From NCBI GenBank assembly GCA_041653495.1, contig JBAZFF010000001.1:4987-68986 (forward strand): a DNA stretch of 64,000 bases. Reading direction: 5' to 3'. This document shows positions 37,967 through 47,855 of this stretch, one piece after another. The notes beneath the pieces were generated by a model. It searched no databases. It had not been told where the DNA came from and saw only the letters and a list, made by a program, of their open reading frames with translations. The DNA is from Minisyncoccota bacterium. Its GTDB lineage: Bacteria > Patescibacteriota > Minisyncoccia > Minisyncoccales > RBG-13-42-11. The position numbers and the translations under genes are program-made. Positions within the stretch are counted from its first letter, which is position 1. Every line of letters begins with the position of its first letter.

Positions 37967-38719
37967 TTACTTTTTTTCTTCCTTCTTTCCGAATCCTTCA
38001 AACGCCCTCAAAACTTCTATCGGAACGGCAAAAACAATTGTGTTGGACTGATCCGAGCTGATATCGTTTATGGACTGCAATGTCCTTAAATGAAGAGCTC
38101 CCTTTGAAGAGGCCAAAGTTTCGGCAGCCTTCGCCATATTATTAGCGGCTGCCACCTCTCCTTCCGCCTTTATGATAATAGACCTCTTTTCCCTCTCGGC
38201 TTCCGCCTGCTTTCCGATGACCCTCTTCATCTCCTCCGGCAAGGTTATATCCTTCAGCTCAACGTTTATGACCTGTATCCCCCAGGGATCGGTAGCTTTA
38301 TCTATTATCCCCCTGATATTCTCGGACACCCTGTCCCTCTGGGCCAGCAAATCGTCCAGGTCCACCTGGCCTACGGCATTCCTCATTGTCGTCTGGGCCA
38401 TCTGGGAAATGGCGTAATAGAAGTTCTCCACTTCCAAGATAACCTTGTCCGCTTCTCTTATCTTATAGTAAATGACCGCGTTTACGCTTACGGAAACATT
38501 GTCTTTGGTAATGGCCTCCTGGTTCGGGACATCCACCGCTTTTACTCTCAAGTCCACTTTCTTGTAAGACTGCACTATTGGCCAGACAAGCCTCCAGCCG
38601 GGGTCCATAATCCCCGAGTACCTCCCTAAAACAAACCTGAGCCCCCTCTCATACTGGTTTATCTGCTTTATTGAAATTATTATTAAGAATAATACTGCGC
38701 CCGAAATTGCATACCACAT
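37967..38719 (-). CDS. SPFH / stomatin-like (slipin) protein
   Basis: YERG, ITKDNV, AQTTMR, QAEAERE, AEGE. Confidence 0.93.
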   Translation of the reverse strand: MWYAISGAVLFLIIISIKQINQYERGLRFVLGRYSGIMDPGWRLVWPIVQSYKKVDLRVKAVDVPNQEAITKDNVSVSVNAVIYYKIREADKVILEVENFYYAISQMAQTTMRNAVGQVDLDDLLAQRDRVSENIRGIIDKATDPWGIQVINVELKDITLPEEMKRVIGKQAEAEREKRSIIIKAEGEVAAANNMAKAAETLASSKGALHLRTLQSINDISSDQSNTIVFAVPIEVLRAFEGFGKKEEKK

Positions 38720-38731
38720 GTTTTTGAGATA

Positions 38732-38932
38732 TTAATTGTTATTTTGAGGCTCTTCAGAAACTATCAGCACCGCCAAGAAATAAGCAATGATTCCCGGAAA
38801 GAAGCCGCTGAATACGGAAATCACGACCCAGGCCACCCTGAAAACAGTCGGGTCAACCCCGAAATATTCCCCGAATCCTCCCAGGACTCCGGCCAGCATC
38901 CTGTTTTTTCTACTCCTGTACAGTTTCTTCAT
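38732..38932 (-). CDS. pspC: PspC domain protein
   Basis: KKLYRSRKNRMLAGVLGGFGEYFGVDPT. Confidence 0.92.
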   Translation of the reverse strand: MKKLYRSRKNRMLAGVLGGFGEYFGVDPTVFRVAWVVISVFSGFFPGIIAYFLAVLIVSEEPQNNN

Positions 38933-39530
38933 CTGCTATTTTCACCTTAAAAGTTTCCGCGGCTTTGTAAAAGACAGGTTTCAAATCGTCCCATTTCACG
39001 TCAGTCGTGTTGAAAGACATAGTCCAGGCATCATCCCCTTCTCCTTCCACCGAAACCAAGAGAGTCTTATATTGATACGCTCCCTCCACAATTAGCGCTT
39101 CCACGGCTATGGCATTCCTCCCGCCTATTTCCATAGGCTGTTTTCCTCCGAAGGTGATCTCTCCGTCTATCAGATCTTTCAAAAAGCTTTCTATTTGATC
39201 CGTAAGTTCAGAAAGAGTCAATCCTCCGTTTTCTCCGTGAGTAACGGCCAGATAAGTCCTGAACTCTTCTTTCTCTTTTTCGGGATCAGTCACCACGCTC
39301 TCTGAGTCAACCAAATAAAGGGCTATGCCTTCCGGCGGGGTTATTTTATACCAGCTCAAAGGAACGCTGACTTCAAATCCTTCTTCGGCCACTACGCTTA
39401 AATCTATTTCCACCTCTTCCTCTTCCTGGACCGGGACTTCCTCGGCCTGATCCAGCCAGTCCCAAGTGAGGTATCCTCCTGCTAAAACCAAGATTAATGC
39501 AACCGCTATATATGCTATTTTGTTTTTCAT
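38910..39530 (-). CDS. Membrane-anchored PsbP/DcrB-like protein
   Basis: N-terminal TM, FEVSVPLSW, C-terminal ETFKV. Confidence 0.5.
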   Translation of the reverse strand: MKNKIAYIAVALILVLAGGYLTWDWLDQAEEVPVQEEEEVEIDLSVVAEEGFEVSVPLSWYKITPPEGIALYLVDSESVVTDPEKEKEEFRTYLAVTHGENGGLTLSELTDQIESFLKDLIDGEITFGGKQPMEIGGRNAIAVEALIVEGAYQYKTLLVSVEGEGDDAWTMSFNTTDVKWDDLKPVFYKAAETFKVKIADEETVQE

Positions 39531-39830
39531 AGTTTTAATAATTAATTTTAACTTTATTCATTTTGGCACTTTTAATTATTCTTGTCTATTGAAAAGGAGG
39601 GTTTAAAAGCCCTCCTTTAAAAGAACAAAGAATCAGCTTCTCCGGCTTCTTTTACCATTTCTATTAAAAGGTATTTTTCTCTTTCTCCACTGGTATTCTT
39701 TTATCTTTTTCAAACAGCCCTCCTAAAATCAAGCATTATAAAAACGTAGCACCTAATGGCAAAAATGCAAGAAAAACAATCCACAGGCTAATGACTTTTA
39801 TGCCAGTTTATGATTAAATAAAATAAATTT

Positions 39831-41027
39831 ATGCCTTTTATAATAGCATTCATAGTGATCGCAATAGCCGTTTCTCTGGCCGGCGTTTTTATGAACGGCG
39901 ATCCGAACGTCCCGGAGGCGGAAGAACAGGCGCAGGAAGAAACGATATCTCAGGGAAATACTTCGTCCCAAGGCGGAAACTCCCAGGGTTCGCAGATATC
40001 TTCCGACGGCCAGCAGGCGCAGACCTCCATAGACCCAAATTTTCCCATCAATACCTACATAAAATACGGGTCGGCTGCAAAGGATGTTTTTGACGATACG
40101 ACGGAAGTGACTTTTGAGTTTGATGCAGTGGTTTCAGACAGCGTAGATTTGTCCGACCTCTATTTTGAAACTAAAGCCGAAGGAGTTGATACAGACTGGA
40201 AAAAAACCAGCCAGAAATACAGGAAAGTGACTTTTCCGAGCGGGAGCCACCAATACGCCTTCTGGGTCAGGGGGAGGACGGACGAACTGACTGAACCCTC
40301 TCCGGCCTACCACACGATAACCATAAACGTATCTCCCTATTACAATAAAATAAAGATTTCCAATTTGAAGGCGCCTGACAATCAGGCCAATCCTTCTTTA
40401 ATCACCCTTTCCACGAACATACCTTCCGGGGAGACTATAAATATCTCGGGATGGACCTTGGAGGGGGAAAAAGGAACGGTGGCAATACCGAAGGGAGCTG
40501 AAAGGTACGATCCCAACGATTCTTCTTCCTGGAACCAGAATATTCTTTTGAGGAGGGGCGATATGGCTTATATCTCCAGCATGTCCAGCCCTTTCGCCTT
40601 CAGCCAGCTCAGCTTCAGGCCGAACAAGTGCATGGGGTACTATGCAGACTCCAATAACTTTGAAATATCAGTATCAAAAAGCTGCCCGAGGCCCACTGCG
40701 GACAGTTTGCCCAGCTACATTTCGGCAAAATGCAAGAACTTCATTTTGGATGAAATAGGGACTTGCGAATTCCCGGATACGGACAAGATGAACGAATATG
40801 ATCTGTACGACGAGGACGCCTGTATCGCCTATCTGACCGCCAACTTCAACTATTCAGGATGCCTGGCCAAATACGGCAGCGATTCCAACTTCACCCAAAA
40901 CTTGTGGCACATATACACGGACAGATACGAAAGGGAGATAATGGACAGGTTCGGGGACACTGTTTATCTTAAGGATTCAAGCGGATTGGTGGCGGCGAAA
41001 TACTGCTTTGAGGACTATTGCAATTAG
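39831..41027 (+). CDS. Secreted Cys-containing protein (lamin-tail-like domain)
   Basis: N-terminal TM, INISGWTL, DTVYLKDSSG. Confidence 0.55.
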   Translation: MPFIIAFIVIAIAVSLAGVFMNGDPNVPEAEEQAQEETISQGNTSSQGGNSQGSQISSDGQQAQTSIDPNFPINTYIKYGSAAKDVFDDTTEVTFEFDAVVSDSVDLSDLYFETKAEGVDTDWKKTSQKYRKVTFPSGSHQYAFWVRGRTDELTEPSPAYHTITINVSPYYNKIKISNLKAPDNQANPSLITLSTNIPSGETINISGWTLEGEKGTVAIPKGAERYDPNDSSSWNQNILLRRGDMAYISSMSSPFAFSQLSFRPNKCMGYYADSNNFEISVSKSCPRPTADSLPSYISAKCKNFILDEIGTCEFPDTDKMNEYDLYDEDACIAYLTANFNYSGCLAKYGSDSNFTQNLWHIYTDRYEREIMDRFGDTVYLKDSSGLVAAKYCFEDYCN

Positions 41028-42088
41028 AATTTTCTCTTTAATTCAGCCAAGGCGTTAGAAGCTATCCACTTGGCGGATTTGGAATCCATTTCATAAATAT
41101 TTTTCCCCGCCTTTATAGCTTTCTTGTTCAAGTTTCTATTCCTCTTCCCTATCTGCCTCAAGGCCCAATTGACCGCTTTTCTTACAAAGTTCCTATCGTC
41201 CTGCGCCTCCCTTTTGATTATCGGGAAGAATCTCTCAAAAAAGGAATCCTCGGCCGATTTGTCGTGGACCGCCAAAACGGCCATCAGTACAAACCCCGCC
41301 CTTTTTACGAATTCCCTTTTTCTCCTGGTCCATTCAAATATTTTCTTCTCCGCAAAAGGCGTATCCCCGAAAAGGCAAGAACATGTCTGATCGCAAATAT
41401 CCCAGGAATCAATGTCTTTTGCCATAGACTCCATTTCCTTCTCAGTCAGCTTGCAGGGATCGGCAATGAAAACCGCCAGCAATCTGGCTTCGTGTATTTC
41501 AGAGTTCCAAAGCTCTATAGCTAATTCATGGTTCTTTCCTATCTGTTTTGCAAGGCCTCTCAAGTAAGGGACTGATATTCCCAAGGTATTTTTGGGGCTT
41601 ATCCCAAACCTCGCCATACCCTCCTTGTTCTTCTTATCGGCCAAGGATTTTAATTTTTTGATAATCTCGCTGCGGCTGAAAGCCAGCCTAGTGGAAGAAA
41701 TAGGCTTCCCACACTTATCCAGGACAAAAGGCACTTTAACTGTCTTAATGAGCTTCTTCCCCAGCTTTTTCCTTCTTGCATTTATTTCCCTGGCCACAGA
41801 AACGCTTTCGGGAGATACGACTATGTAATCATAATTTCTCTTTAGCGCATCTCCGAATTTGTCTTCTATCTTGTAAATCGCAAAACTCTTTTTGAATTTT
41901 CTCTTGATCAAATTCTCCAAGTTCTTTTTCCTTTCCGAGAACTTCTTTATCTTCCTCTTTTTCCTTTTGGCGTAATTGTCGGAAGTCAGGCCTAAAGAGA
42001 CCTCTCCCAGAGAGAATGCTTTCTTTAGCAGGGCTTCGTGCCCTTTGTGCAGGATGTCAAATGTCCCGCCGACAGCCACCTTTTTCAT
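41024..42088 (-). CDS. Fusion: archaeal-type phosphopantetheine adenylyltransferase + AlkD-like DNA alkylation repair domain
   Basis: GGTFDILHKGH, IVVSPE and ISST, then GMARFGI, SWDICD, VRKAVNWALRQIGKR. Confidence 0.8.
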   Translation of the reverse strand: MKKVAVGGTFDILHKGHEALLKKAFSLGEVSLGLTSDNYAKRKKRKIKKFSERKKNLENLIKRKFKKSFAIYKIEDKFGDALKRNYDYIVVSPESVSVAREINARRKKLGKKLIKTVKVPFVLDKCGKPISSTRLAFSRSEIIKKLKSLADKKNKEGMARFGISPKNTLGISVPYLRGLAKQIGKNHELAIELWNSEIHEARLLAVFIADPCKLTEKEMESMAKDIDSWDICDQTCSCLFGDTPFAEKKIFEWTRRKREFVKRAGFVLMAVLAVHDKSAEDSFFERFFPIIKREAQDDRNFVRKAVNWALRQIGKRNRNLNKKAIKAGKNIYEMDSKSAKWIASNALAELKRKF

Positions 42089-43221
42089 ATTTTTCCCGAT
42101 TTAATGTCTTTCCTGATCCTTTCGACGAAAGTATTGAAGAAATAAAGATTGTGGAAAGTGAGCAGGGACATTCCTGTAATTTCCTTAGCTCTCAACAGAT
42201 GGTGTACGTACCCTCTGGAATATTCCCGGCAAACGGCACATGAGCATTTTGAATCCAAGGGCTTCTTGTCTTTCTTGAAAATTTCCTTGTTTAAATCCAG
42301 TTCCCCGGCAGAAGTATAAGCCATTCCCCTCCTGGCATAATGGGTCGGGGCTATGCAGTCGAAAGTATCCACTCCCGCTTTTATTATCTTCGGGATGTCT
42401 TGGAGATAACCTATCCCCAATAAATGCCTCGGCTTCTCCTCCGGAAGCTCTTTTAGGGTGAGTTTTAGCATGTTTATCATCGTCTTTTTATTGTCTCCGA
42501 ATTCCCCTCCTATACCGAATCCCTCAAAGGGAAGGGACCCTATGAATCTTGCGCTTTCTTTTCTCAAGTCCTTGAACTTCCCTCCCTGGACTATCCCGTA
42601 CAAAGCCTGCTTCGTTCTTTTGGCTTTTAAGCATATTTTCGCCCACTCATGCGTTTTCAAAAGAGAAGCCTCGGTGTATTCCTTGGAAGCCATGGGAGAA
42701 GTGCATTCGTCAAAAGCAAAGATAATGTCAGCTCCCAGTTTTTCCTGAATTCTTATGGATTCCGCCGGCCCTAGGAACAGTTCTTTGCCGTCCAAAAAGG
42801 ACCGAAAGTTCACTCCCTTGTCTGTTATTCTCAAAAGCTTAGGCTGCTGGCCGTATTCTATCCCTTCCGCTTTCTGTTTCTTTAATATCTTTCCCGTCCC
42901 AAAATCCCTGCCGAATCCCAGGCTGAAAACCTGGAATCCCCCCGAATCCGTCATCAAGGGCTTTTGAAGGCTCATGAACTTCTGCAATCCTCCGAATCTT
43001 TCAATTAATTCTTCTCCCGGACGAATGTGCAGATGGAAAGTGTTGCAGATTAAAATCTGGGTCTTGGATTCTGAAACGTCTTTTGAACTTAAAGTCTTTA
43101 TTACCGCCTGGGTGGCCACCGGAACCAAAGACGGAGTTTCTACGACTCCGTGGGAAGTTTCCAGCAATCCCAGCCTGGCATTGCTCTTTTTAGATTTTTT
43201 GACAATCTGGAAGCTGAACAT
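42085..43221 (-). CDS. tgt: tRNA-guanine transglycosylase
   Basis: TDSGGFQVFSL, GIVQGG, PRHLLG, CSCAVC, HNL. Confidence 0.96.
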   Translation of the reverse strand: MFSFQIVKKSKKSNARLGLLETSHGVVETPSLVPVATQAVIKTLSSKDVSESKTQILICNTFHLHIRPGEELIERFGGLQKFMSLQKPLMTDSGGFQVFSLGFGRDFGTGKILKKQKAEGIEYGQQPKLLRITDKGVNFRSFLDGKELFLGPAESIRIQEKLGADIIFAFDECTSPMASKEYTEASLLKTHEWAKICLKAKRTKQALYGIVQGGKFKDLRKESARFIGSLPFEGFGIGGEFGDNKKTMINMLKLTLKELPEEKPRHLLGIGYLQDIPKIIKAGVDTFDCIAPTHYARRGMAYTSAGELDLNKEIFKKDKKPLDSKCSCAVCREYSRGYVHHLLRAKEITGMSLLTFHNLYFFNTFVERIRKDIKSGKI

Positions 43222-43297
43222 TTTGTTATTTTCTCACTTAAATTGTCTTATGTCTAATAGAAACCCCTCGGTTTTGAAACGAGGGGGTTCTGCGAGC

Positions 43298-43441
43298 TTA
43301 AAGGGCAAAGAGTACGATAGCAACCAGCATCGAGATTATACCCAAGGCAAAGTTGGCCATCAGTATCTCCATGCTATTTCTATGATTGTCCTCCACCGCC
43401 CAATAAGCTCCAGCTAAAGGAACGAGATATTTGATCTTCAC
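43298..43441 (-). CDS. Small membrane protein
   Basis: GTG start after AGGAGG, hydrophobic C-terminus, downstream hairpin. Confidence 0.45.
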   Translation of the reverse strand: MKIKYLVPLAGAYWAVEDNHRNSMEILMANFALGIISMLVAIVLFAL

Positions 43442-43606
43442 CTTATTCCTCCTAATTCTTCGTTCAACTAGCAATATATTGCAATATTTGCGGGAAAAAA
43501 TCAAGACCAGAATGTGTAACAAAAAACCAGTCTAATCGTCTTAATTATAAGAGGAAAAACTAAAAGACTGGTTCTTTTGTGCCCGCGGTAAATGCGGGCT
43601 TTTTCT

Positions 43607-44308
43607 TTACTTCCCAAATCTCCTTTCCCTGCTTGCGTAATCTAAAAATGCTTCGTCCAGATCCTTCTCCTCAAAATCCGGCCAGAACTTTTTGCAAAAA
43701 TACAGTTCAGAATAGACAGACTGCCACAACAAGAAACCTGAAGTTCTTCTCTCTCCGCTGGTTCTTATTATCAAGTCCGGGTCTTTTTGGCCGGCTGTCC
43801 AAAGATTGTCAGAAATTAATTTCTCGGTAATATTTGCGGCAGGAATATTGTCTTTGGCTATTTTTTTGACCGCTTCCAGAAGCTCCGCTCTCCCTCCGTA
43901 GCTGAGCGCTAAGTTTAAAATTCCTCCGGTATTGTTTTTTGTTTCCCGCTCGGCTTCGGCCATTAGCTTCTGGATGTCTTTGGAGAATCTCTCCTTCTGC
44001 CCTATTATCCGCAATCTTATGTTTTCCTTGTTTATCCACGCTATCTCCTTCTTGCTTAATGCAAGCTTAAATATCCTCATTAGGTATTCAACCTCTTTCT
44101 TGGACCTAAGCCAATTTTCCGTGGAAAAACCCCAGACAGTCAGTATTTTAACCCCCTTCTCTTTACACCATTTCCCCACCTTCTTTATCTTGTCGTATCC
44201 CCTCCTGTGGCCTTCCAAAGTGGGCAGATTATTTTTTTTTGCCCATCTCCTGTTCCCGTCCATTATGATTCCCACGTGATAAGGGATATTTTTTGTTTTA
44301 GAATCCAT
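43607..44308 (-). CDS. uppS: Undecaprenyl diphosphate synthase
   Basis: IMDGNRRW, FSTENW, RTSGE. Confidence 0.96.
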   Translation of the reverse strand: MDSKTKNIPYHVGIIMDGNRRWAKKNNLPTLEGHRRGYDKIKKVGKWCKEKGVKILTVWGFSTENWLRSKKEVEYLMRIFKLALSKKEIAWINKENIRLRIIGQKERFSKDIQKLMAEAERETKNNTGGILNLALSYGGRAELLEAVKKIAKDNIPAANITEKLISDNLWTAGQKDPDLIIRTSGERRTSGFLLWQSVYSELYFCKKFWPDFEEKDLDEAFLDYASRERRFGK

Positions 44309-44309
44309 A

Positions 44310-45236
44310 TTAAAAAAGAAAGTCGCTCTCCATCCTTACTTTCTTTGGCAGCAGCCAGGGGAATTTGAACCCCAAGAGGTAAACCAAGAAAGTAGCGACT
44401 TTGGAAATAAAAATTCTTAATAGAAAAAACTTTTCAACTTTATTCTTATATTCTAGAAAATCTGGAAAATATTTCAATAGTATGTCTGCCGCCATCAATC
44501 CCCAGACCACTCCCCCTCCAGACCACGACTTGCACAGCCCGGCAGCATCCCCGCAAAGGGTCACCTTCTCGTTCCTCGGAATTGCAAGTCCCTGGGGCAC
44601 CAAGCCGGATTCTACCCTTTCCAAGACCAATCCTCTCGCCTTTAAGAACTCTTCAAAAACGGATTTCACCTCCTTAATTTCTCCCAAAGCCCCGTATTCC
44701 ACCTCCTTGCCCCTGGGTATCTTCCATATAAAGCCCTTGTTTATGGGCCAGGTTTCAACGGAGCCGGAATAGTCCTCCTGTCTCACAAATCCCATGACTC
44801 CAAGCCTCAAAGAAGGCCTCTTTAATCCTAAAATGCCCCTTACGGCAGAGTTAGGCCCATCGCACCCCAAGACCCTGTCAAACCCCTCCGGAAGGGCTTT
44901 TATCTCGTTCTGCAGCCTTATTTTAACCCCATTGACTGCGGCTTCTCTGGCAACCAGCCTGTCTAATTCAGCATGGCTCATAACCAGGAATCTCCTGGAA
45001 AAAGAGACGTTTACGGTCTTTCTGGGGAAATGAATAAAAACAGACCTTATTTCGTTTTCAATAAGGCTTTTGGCTTCCGGAATAAACTCCAATATCCTGT
45101 CCGAAAAAAGGCCGGAACACGCCTTTTTCCCTATCTCATTCTTCTTTTCAAATACTGTTACCTCGTGGCCTGATCCTGCCAGTTTCGCTGCCAGATTCAA
45201 GCCCGATATCCCAGCTCCTATAATAGCTACTTTCAT
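44310..45236 (-). CDS. Geranylgeranyl reductase-like FAD oxidoreductase
   Basis: GAGISG, GCDG, GDAAG...SGGG. Confidence 0.75.
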   Translation of the reverse strand: MKVAIIGAGISGLNLAAKLAGSGHEVTVFEKKNEIGKKACSGLFSDRILEFIPEAKSLIENEIRSVFIHFPRKTVNVSFSRRFLVMSHAELDRLVAREAAVNGVKIRLQNEIKALPEGFDRVLGCDGPNSAVRGILGLKRPSLRLGVMGFVRQEDYSGSVETWPINKGFIWKIPRGKEVEYGALGEIKEVKSVFEEFLKARGLVLERVESGLVPQGLAIPRNEKVTLCGDAAGLCKSWSGGGVVWGLMAADILLKYFPDFLEYKNKVEKFFLLRIFISKVATFLVYLLGFKFPWLLPKKVRMESDFLF

Positions 45237-45381
45237 AAGTCTCAATCGGGCATTTCAGCTCTTCTCTAGCTACAATATAACCCAACAAAAAAGAAAGCAA
45301 GGAAATCAAGATGACTCCTATGCACAGGATTATGTCTCCCTGGCGTTTCTTCACCCATTCTCTTATTATTGATAAATTCAT
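45148..45381 (-). CDS. Small membrane protein
   Basis: Single TM segment; overlaps the next gene. Confidence 0.5.
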   Translation of the reverse strand: MNLSIIREWVKKRQGDIILCIGVILISLLSFLLGYIVAREELKCPIETYESSYYRSWDIGLESGSETGRIRPRGNSI

Positions 45382-45474
45382 ATGATAGTCTCCGCTGGCT
45401 GAATCTTAGGATTCCGGCGGGTTTTTATTAAGCCTTTTGACAAACTGCGTCCTATCTGATAATATACAACCATT

Positions 45475-45747
45475 ATGTCAAAGACAAAAGCCGCAGGTTC
45501 AACTAAATTAGGCAGAGATTCCAACCCCCAGTATCTGGGGATTAAACTGTCTGCCGGACAGAAAGCAAAGCCCGGAAACATTATCGTGAGGCAGAGGGGA
45601 ACGAAGATAAATCCCGGAGCGAACACCAGAATCGGGAAGGACGACACCATCTACGCAATAAAGGAAGGAGTTATCCATTTTGAAACTAAATCCAAGAAAA
45701 GATTCAACGGGGCCAAGAAACTAATAAAAGTAGTAAGCGTAAAGTAA
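45475..45747 (+). CDS. rpmA: 50S ribosomal protein L27
   Basis: GSTKLGRDS, IIVRQRG. Confidence 0.97.
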   Translation: MSKTKAAGSTKLGRDSNPQYLGIKLSAGQKAKPGNIIVRQRGTKINPGANTRIGKDDTIYAIKEGVIHFETKSKKRFNGAKKLIKVVSVK

Positions 45748-45758
45748 AGAAGTCAGGC

Positions 45759-47390
45759 CTAACGCCTGGCTTTTTTGTTTGCGGCAACTCTAATAAATTC
45801 TCTGAAAAGCGGATGGGGCCTTAACGGCCTGGATTTGAATTCGGGATGGAACTGGACCCCGACGAAAAACGGATGGTCGGGCAGTTCTATTATCTCCACC
45901 AGATCTCTCTGGGGATTTATTCCGGCCACCACCATTCCTTTCTTTTCCAGGGCAGCCCTGAAGGAATTATTGACCTCGTACCTGTGTCTGTGCCTTTCGG
46001 AAATATCCAGTTCTTTGTAAGCTCTGGCCGCTATAGTTCTCGGAGTAACCCTGCATTTGTAAGCCCCCAGCCTCATGGTTCCTCCCATCTTTTTCTCCTG
46101 GATCAAGGCCTTCTGCTCGGGCATCACGTCTATGACAGGATATGGAGTTTTCGGGTCAACCTCCGTTGAAGCCGCTCCCTTTAACCCGCAGACATTCCTG
46201 GCGAATTCCACGACAGCCAATTGGAGCCCGTAGCATAATCCAAAGAAAGGAATCTTATTCTTCCTGCAATATTCTATGGCCTTTATCTTTCCTTCGACTC
46301 CCCTGGCGCCGAATCCTCCCGGAACTATGATCCCGTCGTACTCCTTCAATTCTTTCAGTTTCCTCGGGTTCTTCTCGTATTCTCCCGCCGCCAGCCAATG
46401 GATTTCGGGCTTCAGTTTGTAATGCCAGGCGGCGTGCTTTATGGATTCTATCACGGAGATATAAGAGTCCATCAGGGTAAAAGCTCCCGTCTCAAAATAT
46501 TTTCCAACGATTCCGATTTTGACTGTCTTTTCCGCGGCTTCAATGGTCCTCAAAAGCTTCCTCCAGTCTTTGAGATCCTGTTTCGTAGACCTCATTTTGA
46601 ATTTCTTCAGTATCCTTTTCCCCAGATTGTCTCTCTCAAAATTGACGGGAATCTGATAAATCGATTTCACATCCGGAGCGGAAATCACGTCTTCCTTGTC
46701 GATATTGCAGAAGACGGAAATCTTCCTTTTCCTCGGCTCGTCTAGGGGAACCTGGGACCTGGCCAATATTATGTCGGGCTGTATCCCGGCCTCGTTCAGA
46801 GTCCTGACTGCCGTCTGAGTAGGCTTGGTCTTCATCTCGCCTATCATGGAAGGAATAGGAAGATAGCTTACCATTGCGAACAGAACGTCTTTGGGATGCT
46901 GTAATCTTAACATCCTGGCCGCTTCCAAAAAGAGCATATTCTGGTATTCTCCGACCGTTCCCCCTATTTCTATTAAAATAAAATCAGCCTTGTGCTTTCT
47001 GGCTGCTTTTTTGATTCTGGAGATGGTTTCGTTGGGAATGTCCGGGACTACTTCTACACACCTTCCCTTGTATTCTAAGTTTCTCTCTCTGTTTATAACC
47101 GACTGATAAACCCTCCCGGTGGTCATGTAATTCTCGCTGGTGATGTCCTCGTCCAGGAATCTCTCGTAGTTCCCGATGTCCTGGTCGCATTCATCCCCGT
47201 CTTCGGTCACAAAAACCTCACCGTGTTCCACTGGATTCATTGTCCCCGCATCAACATTGATATAGGGGTCTATTTTTACGGCAGTAACCCTGAAACCCTT
47301 GCTCTTTAGAATCCTCCCGATTGAAGCTACCGCCACGCCTTTTCCCACGCCGGACATGACACCGCCGGCTACGAAAATGTATTTAGGCAT
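45759..47390 (-). CDS. pyrG: CTP synthase
   Basis: GGVMSGVGKG, KIDPYINVDAGT, GLCYG, QFHPEF. Confidence 0.98.
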   Translation of the reverse strand: MPKYIFVAGGVMSGVGKGVAVASIGRILKSKGFRVTAVKIDPYINVDAGTMNPVEHGEVFVTEDGDECDQDIGNYERFLDEDITSENYMTTGRVYQSVINRERNLEYKGRCVEVVPDIPNETISRIKKAARKHKADFILIEIGGTVGEYQNMLFLEAARMLRLQHPKDVLFAMVSYLPIPSMIGEMKTKPTQTAVRTLNEAGIQPDIILARSQVPLDEPRKRKISVFCNIDKEDVISAPDVKSIYQIPVNFERDNLGKRILKKFKMRSTKQDLKDWRKLLRTIEAAEKTVKIGIVGKYFETGAFTLMDSYISVIESIKHAAWHYKLKPEIHWLAAGEYEKNPRKLKELKEYDGIIVPGGFGARGVEGKIKAIEYCRKNKIPFFGLCYGLQLAVVEFARNVCGLKGAASTEVDPKTPYPVIDVMPEQKALIQEKKMGGTMRLGAYKCRVTPRTIAARAYKELDISERHRHRYEVNNSFRAALEKKGMVVAGINPQRDLVEIIELPDHPFFVGVQFHPEFKSRPLRPHPLFREFIRVAANKKARR

Positions 47391-47844
47391 TAGACTCTTC
47401 GTCTGCTATCTTGTTTACTATAACTTTTATCTCGGCTTCCAAATTATGCTCAAACTTTATCTTGACCGGAAATTCTCCGAGATCCCTGATCGGATCCATT
47501 TCTATCTGGCCCTTCTTGATGTCCACTCCCTCCTCTCTCAATTTTTCTGTTATCTTCTGGGCGGTAATTGATTCAAACAGCTGGTCCTTGTCTCCGACTT
47601 TGACGTCAAAAATAAGTTCCCTGCCGTCCATGGAAGATGCAAGTTCTTCTGTCTCCTTTAGTCCTTCTTCAGCTTTTTTCTCCTCAATCTCTTTCTGGGT
47701 TTCCAGCCAGATCAGCGCTTCTTTAGAAGCCTGCTTGGCTAAGTTCTGGGGAAATAAAAAGTTCATGGCATATCCTTCCTTTACTTCCTTCACCTCAAAC
47801 TTCTTTCCTATCTTTTCTACGTCTTTTAATAGTATTACTTTCAT
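47383..47844 (-). CDS. rplI: 50S ribosomal protein L9
   Basis: MKVILLKDV, GYAMNFL. Confidence 0.96.
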   Translation of the reverse strand: MKVILLKDVEKIGKKFEVKEVKEGYAMNFLFPQNLAKQASKEALIWLETQKEIEEKKAEEGLKETEELASSMDGRELIFDVKVGDKDQLFESITAQKITEKLREEGVDIKKGQIEMDPIRDLGEFPVKIKFEHNLEAEIKVIVNKIADEESNA

Positions 47845-47855
47845 AATAGATAATT

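Noticed and set aside
39563-39589. Second CIRCE (TTGGCACT...)
   Set aside because: Only one arm matches.
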